The position numbers and the translations under genes were made by a program. The notes below the pieces were generated by a model. That model saw nothing but the letters and a program-made list of their open reading frames with translations, searched no databases and was not told the DNA's origin. A stretch of DNA of 64,000 nt from Firmicutes bacterium CAG:460 (GTDB lineage Bacteria; Bacillota_I; Bacilli_A; RF39; UBA660), in assembly GCA_000437355.1 (NCBI GenBank), contig FR899775.1, positions 32,523 through 96,522 on the forward strand, written 5' to 3'. This document shows, piece by piece, positions 10,274 through 19,869 of the stretch. How positions within the stretch are numbered: position 1 is the first letter of the stretch; each line of letters opens with the position of its first letter.

Positions 10274-11250
10274 TGAAAATAAGTGTTATAGGTCTTGGGG
10301 TTTACAGTCTTGCAATAAGCAAAATGTTAGCTAAAAAAGACGAAAATGAAATAGTTATATGGACAGAAAATAACGAAAAGTATGAAGAATATAAAAAGAC
10401 AAAAAAAGTAGCATCTGTTTTTGATACAAAATTACCTAAAAATATCAAAATAAGTGCTAGTATGGAAGATACATTAGAAAATACTAATCTTATATATATT
10501 ATTACTGCAAGTAAATATGTTGATATTGTAACTAAACAAATGAAACCATATTATAATCCTAAAATACCAGTTTGTATTGCTAGTAAAGGTATTGAAGAAT
10601 CTCGTGAAGAATTATTATCAAATATTGTTAAAAACGCTTTAAAAACTAATAATATTGCTGTTATATCTGGTCCAACTTTTGCTGTAGATATCTTAAATAA
10701 TGAACCAGTAGCTTTGGCACTAGCATCAAAAACTAAAAAAGCTAAAGAATATGTATTAAATACTTTAGCAAATGATACATTAAAACTAAGACCTTCAAAG
10801 GATATGATTGGTATTCAAATGTGTGGTTCAATTAAAAATGTTATTGCTATTGCATCAGGTATTTTAAGCGGATTAGGTTATAGTAATTCTACCCAAAGTT
10901 TTTTAATAAATGAATCATTACATGATATAAAGGATATTATTAAAATATTTGGTGGTAACCCAAAAACTATTTTATCTTTTGCTGGTGTTGGGGATTTAAT
11001 GCTTACTTGTACAAGTACTAAAAGTAGAAACTTTAGTTTTGGGGTAATTATTGGAAGTACTAAAGACCAAAATAAAATAAATGAGTATTTAGCTACTCAC
11101 ACAGTTGAAGGTTATAACACTTTAGAAATTGTTTATAAAATGCTTCAAAAGAAAGGTATTGAAATAGAACTTATTACTACTATATATGATATTGTATATA
11201 ATGGTGTTGATGCTAATACATTAGCTAAATTCTTAGTAACAAAAAAGTAA
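10273..11250 (+). CDS. gpsA: NAD(P)H-dependent glycerol-3-phosphate dehydrogenase
   Basis: ISGPTFA, KNVIAIASG and GVGDLMLTCTSTKSRNFSFG motifs. The start overlaps the rarA stop by 1 nt. Confidence 0.9.
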   Translation: MKISVIGLGVYSLAISKMLAKKDENEIVIWTENNEKYEEYKKTKKVASVFDTKLPKNIKISASMEDTLENTNLIYIITASKYVDIVTKQMKPYYNPKIPVCIASKGIEESREELLSNIVKNALKTNNIAVISGPTFAVDILNNEPVALALASKTKKAKEYVLNTLANDTLKLRPSKDMIGIQMCGSIKNVIAIASGILSGLGYSNSTQSFLINESLHDIKDIIKIFGGNPKTILSFAGVGDLMLTCTSTKSRNFSFGVIIGSTKDQNKINEYLATHTVEGYNTLEIVYKMLQKKGIEIELITTIYDIVYNGVDANTLAKFLVTKK

Positions 11251-11919
11251 TCATTCGTTGATTACTTTTTCTATTATATAATAAGCAAGCATTAAACCTG
11301 CTGTTGAAGGTACAAATATACTTGATGCAACAACTCTATCATTATTTATTATATCTTCTTTAGAACATACAACAGGTATTTTTAAACTTAAACCTCTTTT
11401 TCTAGCTTCGTATCTTATTTTTTTAGCTAGTTTATCATTGCTTGTCTTATCTAGTCTTGTAATAATTACATTACTTGGATTAAGTCTTTTACCAGTGCCC
11501 ATTGAACTAATTAATGAGATATTTTCTTTGCCTGCATATTCTATTAATAAAAGTTTAGCGTTTACATCATCACAAGCATCAATAATATAATCAAAATGCC
11601 CAATTGTATTGATATTCTCTTCATTCAAACGCATTTTAAAACCAGTAATATTGACATTTGGATTAATACTTTTACATCTTTTTATACCAACATCTACTTT
11701 AAAAGACCCAATATCATTATATGTTGCAAGTATTTGTCTATTTAAGTTACTTTCAGCAAAAACATCAAAGTCTATGATAGTAATGTTTTTAATACCACTT
11801 CGAACTAAAGCTTCTAAAGCAGTACCACCTACTCCACCAATACCTACAATTAAAACATTAATTTTGCTTAACTTATCTAAATTTTCTTTTCCAATAAGTA
11901 ATTCTAATCTATCAAACAT
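11251..11919 (-). CDS. tcdA: tRNA threonylcarbamoyladenosine dehydratase (ThiF/E1-like)
   Basis: VLIVGIGGVGGTALEALVRSGIKNITIIDFDVFAESNLNRQ. ATG 11919 lies 7 nt after GGAGG, and the upstream part of the tracked ORF overlaps the RNA below. The stop codon is TGA. Confidence 0.85.
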   Translation of the reverse strand: MFDRLELLIGKENLDKLSKINVLIVGIGGVGGTALEALVRSGIKNITIIDFDVFAESNLNRQILATYNDIGSFKVDVGIKRCKSINPNVNITGFKMRLNEENINTIGHFDYIIDACDDVNAKLLLIEYAGKENISLISSMGTGKRLNPSNVIITRLDKTSNDKLAKKIRYEARKRGLSLKIPVVCSKEDIINNDRVVASSIFVPSTAGLMLAYYIIEKVINE

Positions 11920-11935
11920 AATTTTCCTCCAAAAG

Positions 11936-12115
11936 AAAACCCAAAGGTTGCCATGCATTGATAAAAACCCGCTCTCGCGAGGTGGGCATCACATGAACTA
12001 TTTTAGGATCCTTACTCACTTAATGGTTAAGTCTTCTACACCATAATTCAATTAGATTCCCTTATTATCTATCTAGTCGGTTTTATATTGACATAGACAT
12101 TTACCCTTTAGGTAT
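11936..12115 (-). ncRNA. ssrS: Candidate 6S RNA (about 180 nt)
   Basis: A GC-enriched island in AT-rich DNA with no ORF.
- The ends pair: ACCUAAAGG (12113-12105) with CCUUUGGGU (11947-11939). Further pairs extend the stem: UGUC/GGCA, AUG/CAU and AUAAAACCG/CGG(G)UUUU(U)AU.
- There is a large asymmetric central region.
- There is an apical hairpin, ACUUAA-CCA-UUAAGU.
- A near-consensus promoter lies directly upstream.
- As far as I recall, B. subtilis 6S-1 (bsrA) also lies next to yrvM/tcdA. Confidence 0.5.
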
Positions 12116-12119
12116 CTTA

Positions 12120-12148
12120 ATTATATCAAATTAATAATCATTTAACAA
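12120..12148 (-). promoter_or_regulatory. Sigma-A-type promoter for the candidate 6S RNA
   Basis: On the minus strand: TTGTTA (12148-12143), a 17-nt spacer, then TGaTATAAT (-10 at 12125-12120). The predicted start is about 6-7 nt downstream, at the ACCUAAAGG stem. Confidence 0.5.
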
Positions 12149-12154
12149 GTCTTA

Positions 12155-12952
12155 CTAAACATTTTTTAAACTTAACAGTAAAGTTGTATCAACAGCTTCA
12201 ACTTCTATAAAGTCTTCCATAGCAAGAGTTACATTATAAACCCAGGTTGGTTTAGCAGTTTTTACTCCAGACTCATTAATCATCGGATTATATACACGAC
12301 CTATATCTTCAACTGTTACAAGGCCTTTACCAAAGTATCCTTCACTTAATAATTTTATAAATTTTAAAGTACCATACTCAATATTTTTATAACCAATTAA
12401 GTTACCATTATACATACCACCAAATATATTGTTTTTATTTAACATATATTTTGATGTATAACCAGATTCTACTTTAGCAATACCAGCAGCTATACTAAAG
12501 TCAACATTATCATAAATATTACTAAAATATTTAACTAATTTTACAATATAATCCTTATCTTTATTACCATTTGTTCTCTTATTATTAAATAGTGTTTTTT
12601 CACTTTCTTCAAGTTTAAATAAGTAATCTACAACTATTTTATCAAAATTTTCATTACTTTCAGCAAGATTTAATTCCTTGAAGTTACTTGTTAACTTTTC
12701 AGTTAATATTTCTTCATTTATTTGGAATGTTTCTGCTAAGAATGTAATTGAATCTTGATGTTCTTTTAATGTTAAATCAATGGTGTCTTCGTAAGATATC
12801 TTATTTAAGCTTTCCAGGGGAACACCGTTTTCTACTTCATGTTCTACCTCAAGATGTTTTGTACCACTTGGTTGTAATAATATTACTACTCCCACAAGTA
12901 CACCAATAATCACAAGTATCCTTTTCATATTGGTTTTTATATAATTTATCAT
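12155..12952 (-). CDS. Membrane-anchored glucosaminidase-domain (peptidoglycan hydrolase-like) protein
   Basis: N-terminal TM segment (RILVIIGVLVGVVILL). The C-terminal region AAGIAKVESGYTSKYMLNKNNIFGG...YGTLKFIKLL resembles the mannosyl-glycoprotein endo-beta-N-acetylglucosaminidase domain. Confidence 0.55.
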   Translation of the reverse strand: MINYIKTNMKRILVIIGVLVGVVILLQPSGTKHLEVEHEVENGVPLESLNKISYEDTIDLTLKEHQDSITFLAETFQINEEILTEKLTSNFKELNLAESNENFDKIVVDYLFKLEESEKTLFNNKRTNGNKDKDYIVKLVKYFSNIYDNVDFSIAAGIAKVESGYTSKYMLNKNNIFGGMYNGNLIGYKNIEYGTLKFIKLLSEGYFGKGLVTVEDIGRVYNPMINESGVKTAKPTWVYNVTLAMEDFIEVEAVDTTLLLSLKNV

Positions 12953-13051
12953 ATATTTATATACTCTCCTTTAACGAATACATTGTCTATTATACCATAT
13001 TTTTATTAAAAATGCAAATTTACATGGCAAAAGCTATATAATAAAACAAAA

Positions 13052-13078
13052 TAGAAGTATTACAAATTAATACTTCTA
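13052..13078 (-). terminator. Intrinsic terminator after the HerA-like gene
   Basis: TAGAAGTATTA-caaat-TAATACTTCTA forms a perfect 11-bp stem, followed on the minus strand by a T-rich run. Confidence 0.55.
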
Positions 13079-13088
13079 CTATATTATA

Positions 13089-14870
13089 TTAAATAAATTC
13101 TTCAATATTTCCAGGGTTATTTTCCATTTTCCAACAGTTGCTTACATCACAATTGCTACTGTAAGGCATTGGATTTGGCATTTCTAACTTAACAATCATT
13201 GGTATTTTGAAGGCTCCGCCGAAACATACACAAGTACCTGGTTGTAATACTTTTTGCTTGTCTAAGATATCTTGACTGATATTTGGTAACATTTCTCCAA
13301 TATATTTTATGTCTAGAGGATGGGTCATCTTAAATATTAAGAAATTATTACATTGGGCAATAACTGTATCACTAATTTCTACGGGTCTTTGACTTATAAT
13401 ATCAAGTATAACCCCATATTTACGCCCTTCTTTAGCAATTCTATCAAATATGTTATATCCAAGCAGGAATGTATCATTATCTTTTTGAATATATCTATGA
13501 GCTTCTTCTAAGAATAAGTGAAATGGCATTGATGCTCTTTTTTCACTTGATTTTGCATAATCAAATAAAATTCTAGAGAAAATCTTAACAAATACTTTGG
13601 CATAAATATCATCAACATCTTCTAAATTTATATTTATTATTTGAGCTTTTTTGCCATTATTATCTATTAATGATTTAATATAATCAGGAATATTTATTAA
13701 TTCATCTGAGAAATAATCATTAAGTCTACTATTTATGATACCATTAAGTCTAACTCTTAGGATAACAGCATCATCATGTAAGTTTTGATTGTGTAAGAAG
13801 CCTTCACTAATTAAAGTAAATTCTAGGGATGATGCTAAATCTTTTATACTATAATTAACATAATCCGGAGCTTTAATGTTATCTAAATTATCGTTTAGTT
13901 TACTTAAAATGTAATTAGTTATTAAAACAGACTCACCAAAATTACCATTACTATCTATTTCAAAACATTCACTAAATGTTCTAGTATATCCTAAACCTGG
14001 AATTACTGTATCAAAATTAAATTCTGGTGTATTACATACTTCAATTATTGTAAAAATTTCATTTTTCTTACTTGATATTGTTTCATTACTAAATAAAACT
14101 GCAAGTAATGCTTTAGCTATTAAATGGTTTTTATAATCTTTAGCTTCTTCCGTATTAGTTGAAAATATTTTGGCAAGTTTAATCATATTTTCAATAATTG
14201 GCAATTGAGCATGATTATTTGCTTGTAATAATAAAGCTATGTCATCTAAAGTAAGTAAACAAACTGGTATTTTTAATAAATTATCATTTTCATCATGAGG
14301 ATTACTTGTAATAAATTTATATGAATAATTACTATTTATTTCATTTAATTTGCCAAAAGCATTTTTATATTCTCCGAAAGCATCAAAAATAAAGATATTA
14401 GCATTATATTGTACCTGATACATGCTTGAAAATAAATTTTGAACTATTCTAGCTACTCCACACGATTTGCCTGAACCACTATTACCAAAGATTGCTAAAT
14501 GATTGGAAAATAAACTATTAATACTTGGATATATATTAAATCCTTTATATATTGCACTTTCTCCTAAAACAAAGCTACTAGCACTATATGTTCCAACTAA
14601 TTCAGTTAACTCATTTTTAGTAATCATCCTAATTTTAGATGACAACAATGGTTTTCTTAAAACACCATTTACATATTTTCCATTAATATATTCACCTAAA
14701 AAACGAATTTTTATTACATCACTATTTATTTCTTCAACTTCACCTAGAATACATCCTCTGCTATCTTCAAAAATGACATTAACATTCATCAAATCAGCAG
14801 CATTGGCATCTTTAATTAAGTTTTCTACATGAGCTTCAGACTCACCAATATACATAATTTTACCAAACAT
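13089..14870 (-). CDS. HerA-like (DUF87, FtsK/HerA superfamily) P-loop ATPase
   Basis: An N-terminal HAS-barrel-like segment, Walker A FGNSGSGKS, Walker B-like HLFLEEAHRY, and GRKYGVILDIISQRPVEISDTVIAQCNNFLIFKM. It has its own promoter-like TGaTATAAT upstream and its own terminator. Confidence 0.75.
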   Translation of the reverse strand: MFGKIMYIGESEAHVENLIKDANAADLMNVNVIFEDSRGCILGEVEEINSDVIKIRFLGEYINGKYVNGVLRKPLLSSKIRMITKNELTELVGTYSASSFVLGESAIYKGFNIYPSINSLFSNHLAIFGNSGSGKSCGVARIVQNLFSSMYQVQYNANIFIFDAFGEYKNAFGKLNEINSNYSYKFITSNPHDENDNLLKIPVCLLTLDDIALLLQANNHAQLPIIENMIKLAKIFSTNTEEAKDYKNHLIAKALLAVLFSNETISSKKNEIFTIIEVCNTPEFNFDTVIPGLGYTRTFSECFEIDSNGNFGESVLITNYILSKLNDNLDNIKAPDYVNYSIKDLASSLEFTLISEGFLHNQNLHDDAVILRVRLNGIINSRLNDYFSDELINIPDYIKSLIDNNGKKAQIININLEDVDDIYAKVFVKIFSRILFDYAKSSEKRASMPFHLFLEEAHRYIQKDNDTFLLGYNIFDRIAKEGRKYGVILDIISQRPVEISDTVIAQCNNFLIFKMTHPLDIKYIGEMLPNISQDILDKQKVLQPGTCVCFGGAFKIPMIVKLEMPNPMPYSSNCDVSNCWKMENNPGNIEEFI

Positions 14871-14956
14871 ATATCACACATCCCTTTAGTATATTTAAAT
14901 TATATCACAGAAAGAAAAAAAGCAAAAGTATTTTATTAACTTTTACTCAAATTTAA

Positions 14957-16429
14957 TTAATTTAAAATTATTGGATTATCTTGAGTTCCAAGACCTGATT
15001 TATATATAACGTTTTCATCTAAATTAAACACCATTCTAACACTTGCTGTTGCATCGTATGTGGTAGTTGATCCAACATTACCACTTGCAAGTGTACGCAT
15101 TACTACATTAGTATAATCTGAAAGCCTAGTAATTATCCAATCATAAAATCCACCATACATCCAGTTTGCTTCTGCAGCGGCACTATAATCTTTAGTTGCA
15201 TCAGATGAATTATATTCTTGATAAGTCCAGTATTTAGGGTTTGCAGCATAACCATAATCACTGATATACATTAAACCTATTTTGGCATCATAAGTAGTCG
15301 ATGTTGCTGGAGTTTTAACTTCATTTTGATAAACAAGGTTCATTGTTGTTCTTCCAATTTTTGCTAAAGTATTACCTCCAACTTGCCAGGTTGTTGTGAC
15401 TATTTTGTTTGACCAATCACTACCTAAATTATTTAAGTAATTTGTATTTAGATTTATTGTATTTAATTCAGCATCACTCCATGAATTAGTTTTAGTAGTT
15501 TTATTCCAAGTATACCATTCTATATTATCTTGACTTTCTTTGTCTCCTGAATAGTAAAATACTTGTGTGTTATTGTTATATCCACCATTCGTTCCAAGAA
15601 TTGCACTTGTTGCATAATCATATTTTATTAATTTAATTTTGTTATCAATTACACCAATTATTCGATATAAGTTTTCTGTTGGGCATGGACTTTCATTTGT
15701 TCCAAAACATACAAAGTTTTTAATATTATTTTGTGTTAAATATCCGTCCGCTACTGCTTTTGCTAAGGCTTCTTTATATGATTGATACTGAGTATTTGAT
15801 GTATCATATTGCAAACTATAATATCTGGTATAAGTTGAAGTGCAAGTAAATCCAACATATTGTTTTGTTCCATTACAATAAAAATTTATTACTCCGTCAG
15901 ATGCGGTTTTTACACTTGTTATAACAGTTTTTAATCCTGCTGATGTTGCCTTTAATGTTAATTGATAATCACCACCAGCAAATCTATATGAGTTATCTCC
16001 TGCTCCATTGGTTAAATTGCTTTCATGATAATAAATACCATTTTCTCCTTGTGTTCCTGTATATTTTGAAGTGATATAATTAGTTAATTTAACCGGTGGA
16101 ACATAATCAAAATAAATATAGCATTTGTCACTTAGGTTTCCTGAATACTCCACAGCTTTTTTTGCATCTATCCAATTTAATGTTGAACCATTTTCACACC
16201 TAGATAGTTCTGCATTAAAAACATAATCACCAGTGGGCCATAAACTATTATTAGATTTTTCGTATTGTCCAGAAGCCTCACCAGTTTCTATCATAATAGA
16301 AAGAAGATTATTGTCAAATTTATTTTCTTTTCCACAATAAATATTATTAGTTATACTATTAGACAAAACTATAACTAATATTAACAAAATAACCCAAATT
16401 AATATATGATATATTTTCATTTTTTTCAT
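14957..16429 (-). CDS. Hypothetical secreted or membrane-anchored protein (about 490 aa)
   Basis: ATG 16429 lies 7 nt after GAGGAG. Signal anchor MKKMKIYHILIWVILLILVIVLS. The rest is rich in Thr/Asn/Tyr/Trp. There is no LPXTG motif and I recognise no family. Confidence 0.6.
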   Translation of the reverse strand: MKKMKIYHILIWVILLILVIVLSNSITNNIYCGKENKFDNNLLSIMIETGEASGQYEKSNNSLWPTGDYVFNAELSRCENGSTLNWIDAKKAVEYSGNLSDKCYIYFDYVPPVKLTNYITSKYTGTQGENGIYYHESNLTNGAGDNSYRFAGGDYQLTLKATSAGLKTVITSVKTASDGVINFYCNGTKQYVGFTCTSTYTRYYSLQYDTSNTQYQSYKEALAKAVADGYLTQNNIKNFVCFGTNESPCPTENLYRIIGVIDNKIKLIKYDYATSAILGTNGGYNNNTQVFYYSGDKESQDNIEWYTWNKTTKTNSWSDAELNTINLNTNYLNNLGSDWSNKIVTTTWQVGGNTLAKIGRTTMNLVYQNEVKTPATSTTYDAKIGLMYISDYGYAANPKYWTYQEYNSSDATKDYSAAAEANWMYGGFYDWIITRLSDYTNVVMRTLASGNVGSTTTYDATASVRMVFNLDENVIYKSGLGTQDNPIILN

Positions 16430-16681
16430 AACTACGCTCCTCTTTATTATCATAACAAATTTCTTTTAAATAATTTGTCATTTTATGTAATGTCTACTCT
16501 ACTATTTAATTTTACTACATATTTTATAATTAGTAAATATCAAATTGATATCATTTTAGGTAGAAAGCAAGTGATAAAATGAAAATTATAAATTCATATC
16601 CATTAAGAATAAATGAAGAGTTAATGGAAGAATTAAAAAAGCTATAAGAGAAAGAGGAAAAAGTTCCTCTAGAAATAAAAT

Positions 16682-16709
16682 AAGACAAGTTAATTATCTA
16701 ACTTGTCTT
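16682..16709. terminator. Bidirectional hairpin overlapping the gatB stop codon
   Basis: AAGACAAGTTA-attatc-TAACTTGTCTT forms a perfect 11-bp stem with T-rich sequence on the minus-strand 3' side. Confidence 0.5.
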
Positions 16710-18120
16710 TTAATATTTCTTTAGTTAAACTTGGATTTGCTTTTCCTCTAGTTTCTTTCATTACTTGACCTACAAAGTAATCAAATAAGTTTGTTTTACC
16801 ACCCTTATAAGCTTCTACTTGTGAGGTATTATTTTTTAATATATTATCTATAATGATAGTAAGCTCATTACTATCAGATATTTGGGCATTATCTTTACTA
16901 ATAAAGTTTTTAGGTTCTTTTTCTTCTTCTAAAGCTTTATTAAATATATCTTTAGCTTGTTTAGAAGAAATATTACCTTTTTCTAATTCACTAATTATTT
17001 GATTTAATAAATTTGGTTTTAAATAAAATTCATTTAAACTAATAGCTTCTTTATTTAAATAAGCAATAATTTGTACAATTAAGTAGTTGGCAACTATTTT
17101 TTTATCCATACCTAAACTTACACATTCTTCAAAATAATCAGCATATTCTTTATTTTTTATAATAATATTCGCATCATATTCACTTAAACCATATTCATTT
17201 ATATATTTTATTTTTCTTTCGTTTGGTAAGACAGGAATACATTTTTTTATTTCTTCAACCAAATTACTATCTATTTTAAATTTTGGAATATTTGGTTCCA
17301 CAAAATACTTATAATCGATAGCATCAGCTTTAGTACGCATTCTTATAGTTGTTCCGGTTTCTTCATCAAATCTTCTGGTTTCTTGAACAACTTCATCATA
17401 TCTTCCTTCATCTTTTAATTTGCTTTGTCTTTCTATTTCATATTTAATAGTTTCATAAACATTTCCAAAAGAATTAACATTTTTAACTTCAACCTTTGTT
17501 CCTAGTTCATTACTATCTTTATCCATTATTGAAACATTGACATCGCATCTTATTTGACCTTTTTTGGTATCTGCTTCAGATATATCAGCATATTGATATA
17601 TTCTTCGCATTTCTTCAAGGAATGCAACAGCTTCTTCTGGTGACTCAATACAAGGCTCAGTAACAAGTTCTAGTAAAGGAACTCCTGCTCTATTATAATT
17701 AATTAATGATACATCACTAAAATGTTCCATTGATGCTGCATCTTCTTCAAGGTGAATATCATGGATTTTAATTTCTTTAGTAACACCATTACAATCAATC
17801 TTAATTGAACCATTAACACCAACTGGGTCATGTAATTGAGTAATTTGATATCCTTTTGGTAAATCTGGGTAATAATAATTTTTTCTATCAAAGTACATAT
17901 ATTCTGGAACTTTACAATTTAGGATTAAAGCTGCCATGATAGCTTTTCTTACGCATTCTTTATTTAGTACTGGCAAGATACCTGGAAATGCCATATCTAC
18001 AGGATTAACGTTAATATTGGCAATATCACTATAACTATTTTTAGCACTAGAAAATACTTTCGTATTACTTTTCATTTCACAATGCATTTCTAGTCCAATA
18101 ACTGCTTTATATTTACTCAT
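16690..18120 (-). CDS. gatB: Asp-tRNA(Asn)/Glu-tRNA(Gln) amidotransferase subunit B
   Basis: MSKYKAVIGLEMHCEM...NRAGVPLLELVTEP...YFVGQVMKETRGKANP. The start was taken at MSKYK, which overlaps gatA by 8 nt. Confidence 0.95.
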   Translation of the reverse strand: MSKYKAVIGLEMHCEMKSNTKVFSSAKNSYSDIANINVNPVDMAFPGILPVLNKECVRKAIMAALILNCKVPEYMYFDRKNYYYPDLPKGYQITQLHDPVGVNGSIKIDCNGVTKEIKIHDIHLEEDAASMEHFSDVSLINYNRAGVPLLELVTEPCIESPEEAVAFLEEMRRIYQYADISEADTKKGQIRCDVNVSIMDKDSNELGTKVEVKNVNSFGNVYETIKYEIERQSKLKDEGRYDEVVQETRRFDEETGTTIRMRTKADAIDYKYFVEPNIPKFKIDSNLVEEIKKCIPVLPNERKIKYINEYGLSEYDANIIIKNKEYADYFEECVSLGMDKKIVANYLIVQIIAYLNKEAISLNEFYLKPNLLNQIISELEKGNISSKQAKDIFNKALEEEKEPKNFISKDNAQISDSNELTIIIDNILKNNTSQVEAYKGGKTNLFDYFVGQVMKETRGKANPSLTKEILKDKLDN

Positions 18121-19564
18121 TTTTATCACCTACAACCATATTTTTATAATCCATTAAATCTTCTAGGGCATATGCTAAATTTAAAACTGTTTGATCATCA
18201 TAGCAATTACCGGTAATATTAATTCCAACAGGTAGTCCATTTATAAAACCATTTGGAATTGTAATTGATGGAAAACCTCCGAAATTACCTATTTGTAAAT
18301 GATTTTCTAAAATAGCTAATTCATCATCATCAACTTTTTCATTTAAACCTTCAATTAATGGAGCTACTCCACTACCTACAGGTAAAATAAAGCCATCGTA
18401 TTCTTTAAATAAACTTTTAAATTTATCTACAATTAATCTTCTAACACGACAAGCATTTAAGAAATATCTTTCTTGATTTTCTTTTTGTAAAACATAAGAA
18501 CCAATTACAAATCTTCTTTTAATTAATGGTGAAAACCCTTTAGTACGATAATCTTTAATCATATCCATAACATTTTCGCCATTTCCTCGTGGACCAAAAG
18601 AAATACCTGTTAAATTAGACATATTACTTGTTGCTTCAGCACATGAAATACAAACATAAACACCAGGTATTACACTAAGAAGAGTTTTATCAATTGATAC
18701 TTCTTCAACAGTAACACCAATATTTCTTAGCTTTTCTAAGGCTTTTTGATAATTTTCTAAATGCATCTTTAATTCATTTGAAGCATGTGGATAGTTACTT
18801 ATATCAGTAATTTCTTTTATATAAAACATTTTTTTACCTTTTACATCTTTAGATAAATCATTATATAAATTTATATTGCTAGAGTTCCAACTTGTTTGGT
18901 CGTTTTCATCAATGCCTTTCATGCCATCAACAACAATAGCAGCATCTTCAACACTTCTTGTTAAAACACCACAAGTATCTAAGCTTGATGCAAATGGAAA
19001 CAAACCAAATCTAGAAATCATACCATAAGTTGGTTTATATCCAACAATTCCACAATAACCTGCTGGTTTACGAATAGAGTCTCCAGTGTCACTTCCTAAA
19101 GCATAAGGATAAACCCCATAAGCAACACTACAAGCTGAACCTGCTGATGAGCCCCCACAAATTCTTGTTGTATCCCAAGGGTTTTTGATAATACCAGTGT
19201 GAGCAGTTAAACCTGTGCCTCCCATACCAAATTCATCTAATGCAGTCTTAGCTATACCTACAGCTCCATTTTTCTTTAAGTTGGCTACAGCAGTTGCATC
19301 AAAAAAAGGTACATAATCTTTTAAAGTATTACTTGAACCAGTTGATAAAATACCTTTTGTAGAATAATTATCTTTAATTCCATAAGGAATACCACTTAGG
19401 AGGTTATCATTAACTTCAACTTTGGTATCATCCATAATTGTAACAAAAGCATTACATTTTTCTTGTAATTCATGTGCTTTTTTTAATGAATCATTAACTA
19501 ATTCTTCAACAGTTATTTCATTATTTTTTAACATTTCATGAAGTTTTATAATACCATAATTCAT
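18113..19564 (-). CDS. gatA: Amidotransferase subunit A (amidase signature family)
   Basis: GGSSAGSACSVA amidase signature, and GIPYGIKDN. Confidence 0.95.
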   Translation of the reverse strand: MNYGIIKLHEMLKNNEITVEELVNDSLKKAHELQEKCNAFVTIMDDTKVEVNDNLLSGIPYGIKDNYSTKGILSTGSSNTLKDYVPFFDATAVANLKKNGAVGIAKTALDEFGMGGTGLTAHTGIIKNPWDTTRICGGSSAGSACSVAYGVYPYALGSDTGDSIRKPAGYCGIVGYKPTYGMISRFGLFPFASSLDTCGVLTRSVEDAAIVVDGMKGIDENDQTSWNSSNINLYNDLSKDVKGKKMFYIKEITDISNYPHASNELKMHLENYQKALEKLRNIGVTVEEVSIDKTLLSVIPGVYVCISCAEATSNMSNLTGISFGPRGNGENVMDMIKDYRTKGFSPLIKRRFVIGSYVLQKENQERYFLNACRVRRLIVDKFKSLFKEYDGFILPVGSGVAPLIEGLNEKVDDDELAILENHLQIGNFGGFPSITIPNGFINGLPVGINITGNCYDDQTVLNLAYALEDLMDYKNMVVGDKNE

Positions 19565-19869
19565 TAGCCCACCACCTTTGGAACACTTACTAAATCATCT
19601 TCATAAGAATCACAATTTTGTAATAATTCTTCTACTGGAGTACTGTCTTTAATTATATCTTCTCTTAAAGTAAATGAAAAATCATCTAGAGCGTGTGTCA
19701 TTGGTTCAACTTTTTCTATCCCAGGCATATTTGCTATTTTTTCCATGGTATTTTCTATAACATCAAACTCATTTAAAACCATTTCATTTTCTTCTTTTGT
19801 AAGGCCAATAAGTAGTTTTTCAGCATACATATCAACCATTTCACTTGTAAATTTACTCAAAATTATCAC
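19564..19869 (-). CDS. gatC: Amidotransferase subunit C
   Basis: 101-aa ORF immediately upstream of gatA with overlapping stop and start codons. Its size and position are typical of gatC. Confidence 0.8.
   Translation of the reverse strand: MIILSKFTSEMVDMYAEKLLIGLTKEENEMVLNEFDVIENTMEKIANMPGIEKVEPMTHALDDFSFTLREDIIKDSTPVEELLQNCDSYEDDLVSVPKVVG

Noticed and set aside
11245-11256. gpsA and tcdA converge with zero intergenic nucleotides and no terminator.
   Set aside because: This is plausible in a compact genome. There is nothing further to test from the sequence alone.
11251-11958. UGA read as Trp (genetic code 4, Mollicutes-like), considered because of the extreme AT content.
   Set aside because: tcdA ends at TGA exactly where homologs end. 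All conserved genes are full length under code 11, and Trp positions use TGG. Cell-wall genes are also present.
16579-16647. A 22-codon ORF (MKIINSYPLRINEELMEELKKL) that resembles the N-terminus of a ribbon-helix-helix antitoxin.
   Set aside because: It is too short for an RHH fold, has a weak RBS, has no adjacent toxin gene, and is immediately followed by the gatB terminator. At best it is a decayed remnant.
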